In this document: positions 28,411-32,000 of the stretch, piece after piece
Layout of the letters: each line of letters begins with the position of its first letter
Position numbering within the stretch: position 1 is the first letter of the stretch
NCBI RefSeq assembly: GCF_000012905.2
Contig: NC_007494.2
Span: forward strand, 330,001-362,000
Length of the DNA: 32,000 nt
DNA from: Cereibacter sphaeroides 2.4.1
GTDB lineage: Bacteria > Pseudomonadota > Alphaproteobacteria > Rhodobacterales > Rhodobacteraceae
Direction: 5' to 3'
Made by a program: the position numbers and the translations under genes
Notes under the pieces: model-generated
Seen by the model: the letters and a program-made list of their open reading frames with translations, nothing else
Told to the model about the DNA's origin: nothing
Database searches by the model: none

Positions 28411-30420
28411 ATGAGCTCGAGTCATTTGAAGCATCTATTTCCAATTCTGGGGGCCCTCGTGCTCCTGCCGGTCATGGCGGGTGCCGAATCGGCTCGGACC
28501 ACGGTGGCCGGCCCGGATTCGGGCGGCGCCATGGAAAGCTCCTATCGGTCGATCGTGGGGTTGCTCGAGGCAGAGATTGCCGGGCTCGAGGCGCGCATCA
28601 CCGTGCTGACCACCGAGCGGCGGCGCGAGATGACGCGCCTTCAGGAGGCACGCGAGGAGACCGCTCAGGCCGAGAAGCGTCTGGCGCAGCTTCACCGTGA
28701 GCAGCTCCGACTGGAGGAGGGGGTGCGGGCGGCGGCGGTGCAGCCGGTCGGGCTGCTGGCGGCACCGGCGGGCAAGGCGCGCCCCGATGCAGGGAGTGCG
28801 CAGCTCGAGGCCGAGCGGCAGCGGCTCACCGAACTGGTCCGGGATCTCGGCCGGCAGGCGGAGGATGCCCGCTCGCGACTGGGCAAGATGGCCGCGACCG
28901 TCGCCGCACGCGAGGCGGATCTGAATGGGCTTGCCGAGCGGCACGCGGGTCTGACCCGGGCCGTGGCGCAGCGGGAGGCGGATCTGGCGGCGCTTGAGGC
29001 GCGGGATGCAGAGGAAGCGAAGCGGCTCTCCGACCGGCAGGCGGCGGTAAAGGGGCTCGAGGCGCGGCAGGCGCAGCTCTTGCAGGCCGTGGCACAGCGC
29101 GAAGAGCAGCTCGCCGGGCTCGAGCGTCGTCGGGGCGACCTCTCCGCCCTGATCGAGCGGCGCGAGAGCGAAACGGCGGCGCAGCAGGCGGCAGCGGTGG
29201 CGCGGCATCAGGATAAGGTGGCCTCGCTTTCCGGGCAGCGCGACGCGCTGGCGCGCGCGGTCAAGGCGCTGGCGGAGGAGGAGGCGCGGCGCATGGAGGC
29301 GCTGGCGGCCTCCGAGGCGCAACTGGCCGCCGCTTCAGCCGAGCGGGACCGCGCTCTGGCCGAAGCCCGAACCGCGTCATCCCAAGTCGGGGAGACGCGC
29401 AGCCTTGCCGCCGCGCAGGCCGAGGTGGACGCCCGCGCCACGGCCCTCGCGACCGCGGAGGAGGAGATCCGGGCACGGGCCGCGGCGCTCGAGAAGGGCG
29501 AGAGCGAGGCGCGCAGCCGCGCGGCGGCGCTGCAGGCGGCCGAGGAAGAGGTGCGGGCGAGGTCAGCGGCTCTGGAGGCGGCAGAAGCGGAAGCGCAGCA
29601 GCGGGCAGAGGTCCTGCGGGTTCAGGAGGGGCTTTTCAAGGAGCAGCGCGCGGCCGCCGACACCGAGACCGGGCAGCGGGCGCAGGCGGTGGCCGAGGCC
29701 GAAGCTGCGGCGAAGGCCGCCGAGCAGGCCCGGGCCGATGCGGTGCGCGAAGCCGAGGCCGCGCGCACCGCCGAGGCCGAGGCGCGGTCGCGGGCCGAGG
29801 CCCTTAAGCGCGAGTTGAGCGAGGGCGAGGCATCCCTCGGACGCCTGACCGAAGCCGTCGGCGCGGCCGAAGCGCGTCTCGCGGCCCTCGAGGTCGAAGG
29901 CCACAAGCGGGCCGAGGCGCAGACGCAGGCACTGTCGGAAGCGGACGCCCAACTGGCCGCGCTCGAGGCGGCGCGTCGGGAGAAGGCGAAGGCTCTGTCC
30001 GACGCCGAGGCGGGACTGACGGCACTCGAGGCGGACCAGCGGACGCAGGCCGAGGCTCAGACCAAGGCGCGGGCGGAGGCAGAGGCCCGCCTCGCCGAAC
30101 TCGCGCAGCGCGAAGAGGCGGCGCGGGCGCGACTCGCGGAGGTGGAGGCCGCCCCTCAACCGGCCGTGACGCCTGTCGTCGAAGCCCCCCCGGCGCCGCC
30201 TGAGGCAGCACCGGCCAGAAGGCCCGCGCGGGATGCGGCCGTGGTCGCCGCGGCGCTGGCGGGCGCTCCGGGGATGCCCGCGCCGGGCAGCGCGCCGCAC
30301 CAGAAGCTCGCGGGTCTGCTTCAAGCGGGCGTCTGCCCGGTCGATGCCCTCCGCACCGCGACGGGGACCGTCAACCGCCAGTCGCTCGTGGCCCTCGTCC
30401 GATCCCTCGGCGGCTGCTGA
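28411..30420 (+). CDS. exported or anchored Ala/Glu/Arg-rich coiled-coil protein (669 aa), unknown function
   Basis: In-frame ATG at 28411 gives MSSSHLKHLFPILGALVLLPVMAGA|ES, a signal peptide or anchor. About 550 aa of helical low-complexity sequence follow, with internal repeats spaced in multiples of 7 aa. Then a Pro-rich linker (PQPAVTPVVEAPPAPPEAAP) and a roughly 60-aa C-terminal domain ending ...VRSLGGC. G/C-rich third positions in this frame support the + strand. The track start (TTG at 28390) has no SD. Confidence 0.7.
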   Translation: MSSSHLKHLFPILGALVLLPVMAGAESARTTVAGPDSGGAMESSYRSIVGLLEAEIAGLEARITVLTTERRREMTRLQEAREETAQAEKRLAQLHREQLRLEEGVRAAAVQPVGLLAAPAGKARPDAGSAQLEAERQRLTELVRDLGRQAEDARSRLGKMAATVAAREADLNGLAERHAGLTRAVAQREADLAALEARDAEEAKRLSDRQAAVKGLEARQAQLLQAVAQREEQLAGLERRRGDLSALIERRESETAAQQAAAVARHQDKVASLSGQRDALARAVKALAEEEARRMEALAASEAQLAAASAERDRALAEARTASSQVGETRSLAAAQAEVDARATALATAEEEIRARAAALEKGESEARSRAAALQAAEEEVRARSAALEAAEAEAQQRAEVLRVQEGLFKEQRAAADTETGQRAQAVAEAEAAAKAAEQARADAVREAEAARTAEAEARSRAEALKRELSEGEASLGRLTEAVGAAEARLAALEVEGHKRAEAQTQALSEADAQLAALEAARREKAKALSDAEAGLTALEADQRTQAEAQTKARAEAEARLAELAQREEAARARLAEVEAAPQPAVTPVVEAPPAPPEAAPARRPARDAAVVAAALAGAPGMPAPGSAPHQKLAGLLQAGVCPVDALRTATGTVNRQSLVALVRSLGGC

Positions 30421-30453
30421 GCCGTTCCCGATTCCGAAGCGCAGGAGGAACCC

Positions 30454-31500
30454 TTGCCCGTTATCAGACTGATCGCGATTGCCCTGTTGCTCGTGGGCCT
30501 TCCGTCCCGGCTTCCCGCTCTGGAGGTCAACATGCTTACGGGAGGTCCGACCGGAACCTACATCCAGATCGGCCGCGACATCGCGAAGGCCGCCTCGGCC
30601 TGCGGCATCGAGATGACCGTGCATGAAAGCGCGGGCTCGCTCGAGAATTTCCTCGGCGTCCGTCAGCGCCCGCGCACACAGTTCGGCATCGTCCAGTCGG
30701 ATGTGCTCGAATATCTCAAGACCTTCGCCGCCGACGATCCCGAGGTGAGCCGCGCGATCTTCGGCGTCCGCATCGCCTTTCCGCTCTACGACGAGGAGGT
30801 GCATCTTCTGGCGCGGAGGGAGATCGGCAGCCTGAAGGACCTCGACGGCAAGCGCGTCTCGATCGGGGTGGAGAATTCCGGCACCTTCCTCACCGCCTCG
30901 CTCGTCCTCGACCTTGCAGAGGTCGCGCCCGGCGAGCGCAGGATGATGAACCAGGACGACTCGCTCAAGGCGCTGCTGGCCGGAGACATCGACGCCTTCT
31001 TCTATGTGGCCGGTGCGCCTGCAAAAATCTTCGCCTCGCCCGAGATCGACGGCGAGCGGTTCCATCTGGTGCCGGTGGCCGAAGAAGTGCTGCGGCAGGT
31101 CTACAAGCCCACCCAGATCCCCGCCGGCAGCTATCCGTTCCAGACAGGGCCGGTCGATGCCATCGCGGTCAAGGCCGTGCTGATGACCTACGGCTACGAT
31201 CCCAAGCGCAACGCCTATCACCGCGAAAGCTGCAAGGCGGTGTCGGACATCGCCCATGTGGTGAGCACCCATTTCCCCGAGCTCCAGCAATCGGGCCATC
31301 CCAAATGGAAGCAGGTGAACCTGACCGATCTGCCGGCGGGCTGGGACATCGGCGAATGCGTCAATGCGGGTCTGGAACCCGGCTATCGGCTTCCCTGCGA
31401 TCCGCCCGAGCCCGCGGTGGCCGCCCCTGCCGACGCCTCGGCCGAGAGCGAGGCGAACCGGGCCTACCGGCGGCAGATCTGCGCCGTGGTGGGCTGCTGA
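30454..31500 (+). CDS. TAXI-family (TRAP-type) solute-binding-protein-like exported protein with Cys-rich C-terminal extension
   Basis: TTG start 5 nt after a perfect AGGAGG (30443-30448). Signal peptide IRLIAIALLLVGLPSRLPA. Core blocks LTGGPTGTYIQIGRDIA, ESAGSLENF, IVQSDV, EEVHLLARREIGSLKDLDGKRVSIGVENSGT and GDIDAFFYVAG match the TAXI pattern as I recall it. Confidence 0.72.
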   Translation: MPVIRLIAIALLLVGLPSRLPALEVNMLTGGPTGTYIQIGRDIAKAASACGIEMTVHESAGSLENFLGVRQRPRTQFGIVQSDVLEYLKTFAADDPEVSRAIFGVRIAFPLYDEEVHLLARREIGSLKDLDGKRVSIGVENSGTFLTASLVLDLAEVAPGERRMMNQDDSLKALLAGDIDAFFYVAGAPAKIFASPEIDGERFHLVPVAEEVLRQVYKPTQIPAGSYPFQTGPVDAIAVKAVLMTYGYDPKRNAYHRESCKAVSDIAHVVSTHFPELQQSGHPKWKQVNLTDLPAGWDIGECVNAGLEPGYRLPCDPPEPAVAAPADASAESEANRAYRRQICAVVGC

Positions 31501-31506
31501 TCCATC

Positions 31507-31546
31507 GGCGGGATCCGGCCGGGCCGGCCCCCGCCGCCACCGTTTT
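31507..31546 (+). terminator. weak terminator candidate after the TAXI-like gene
   Basis: GGCGGG-AT-CCGG (31507-31518) pairs with CCGG-CC-CCCGCC (31524-31535), with a 2x2 internal loop and a 5-nt hairpin loop. The TTTT run at 31543-31546 is 7 nt from the stem, which is suboptimal. Confidence 0.3.
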
Positions 31547-31636
31547 GACAGAGAATGCACGGCGCCTTGACGCGGCGTTGCGGGAGGCAGGCGACAAGGG
31601 AGGCGCCACACTCGCTCATCGTCACGAGGACCTGCC

Positions 31637-32000
31637 ATGTCCCGCCTTCCTCTCCTGCTTCTGTCAGTCCTTCTTGCCACACCTGCCGCGCAGGCCTCCG
31701 ACTGCCCGGATCTGGCGCTCGTGCTGGCGCTGGACAGTTCCCTGAGCATCGACCGGGCCGAATTCGCCCTGCAGGCCGAGGGCTATGCCGAGGCCTTCCG
31801 CAGCCCGGCCGTGCAGGCGGCGCTGGCCGCGGCGGGCACCGTGGATGTGGCGGCCGTCGTCTGGTCCGACGGTGCGGCCCCGCCGGCCCGCCTCGGCTGG
31901 CAGCGGATCGCCGCACCCGAGGATGCCCGGCGCCTTGCGGTGCGGCTGGCGGCGCTGGAGCGGGTCGCCCCGGGCCGGACCGGAGTGGGCGGGGGGCTTG
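31637..32000 (+). CDS. DUF1194-like (VWA-fold) exported protein, 3'-truncated by the window
   Basis: Absent from the ORF track because it has no stop in the window. ATG at 31637 sits 6 nt after GAGGA. Translation: MSRLPLLLLSVLLATPAAQA|SDCPDLALVLALDSSLSIDRAEFALQAEGYAEAFRSPAVQAAL...VDVAAVVWSDGA...W. This matches the DUF1194 N-terminal pattern, including a MIDAS-like DSSLS. Confidence 0.7.
   Translation, partial: MSRLPLLLLSVLLATPAAQASDCPDLALVLALDSSLSIDRAEFALQAEGYAEAFRSPAVQAALAAAGTVDVAAVVWSDGAAPPARLGWQRIAAPEDARRLAVRLAALERVAPGRTGVGGGL

Noticed and set aside
29131-29139. RGD tripeptide (LERRRGDLS) in the coiled-coil protein.
   Set aside because: A tripeptide in an Arg/Asp-rich 669-aa protein is expected by chance. 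There is no other sign of an adhesin context.
31545-31572. TTGACA (31545-31550) and TTGACG (31568-31573) as -35 elements for the DUF1194 gene.
   Set aside because: No acceptable -10 hexamer lies 16-18 nt downstream of either, so there is not enough to call a promoter.
1-32000. Scan for CRISPR arrays, IS elements or transposases, integrases, phage genes, tRNA/rRNA and toxin-antitoxin or defence-type genes.
   Set aside because: None found. There are no spaced direct-repeat arrays and no T-loop-like GGTTCGAATCC-type motifs in the intergenic gaps. No ORF shows a transposase, integrase or nuclease signature. The window reads as core metabolic, transport and envelope genes.

Overview
GC-rich chromosomal segment: hand counts of typical coding stretches give about 65-80% G+C. 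The proteins look alphaproteobacterial and Rhodobacteraceae-like; the taxon is inference only. I can support about 31 CDS. I found no rRNA, tRNA, CRISPR array, transposase or integrase.

Gene order:
- 1-70 (+): tail of a truncated CDS, followed by a terminator.
- 146-1927 (-): ggt.
- 2005-3689 (-): ABC-2 exporter pair (permease plus ATPase).
- 3905-9753 (+), divergent from the exporter: seven-gene operon MoxR / DUF58 / DUF4381-like / VWA / VWA / TPR / BatD-like. All six gene junctions overlap.
- 9817-14660 (+): iolG-iolD-iolE-iolB (myo-inositol catabolism).
- 14934-19063 (-), convergent with iolB: ugpBAEC.
- 19263-20957 (-): Na/Pi-cotransporter/PhoU-domain protein.
- 21018-27183 (-): GMC oxidoreductase fused onto a Liv-like (HAAT) ABC importer operon.
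- 27390-28331 (+), divergent from that operon: LysR regulator.
- 28411 to the window end (+): three exported proteins in a row, namely a 669-aa coiled-coil protein, an orphan TAXI-type binding protein and a DUF1194/VWA-like protein cut by the window edge.

Most very long ORFs in the six-frame track are antisense or out-of-frame shadow ORFs, as expected in high-GC DNA.

Most worth a second look:
1. The exported coiled-coil / TAXI / DUF1194 trio, which has no transporter membrane partner in view.
2. The fully overlap-coupled MoxR-VWA (Bat-like) envelope operon, whose function I believe is unresolved.
3. A GATCC(C)GGAG motif that recurs in both iol intergenic spacers.

All family names rest on my reading of motifs in the translations. 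No database search was run.
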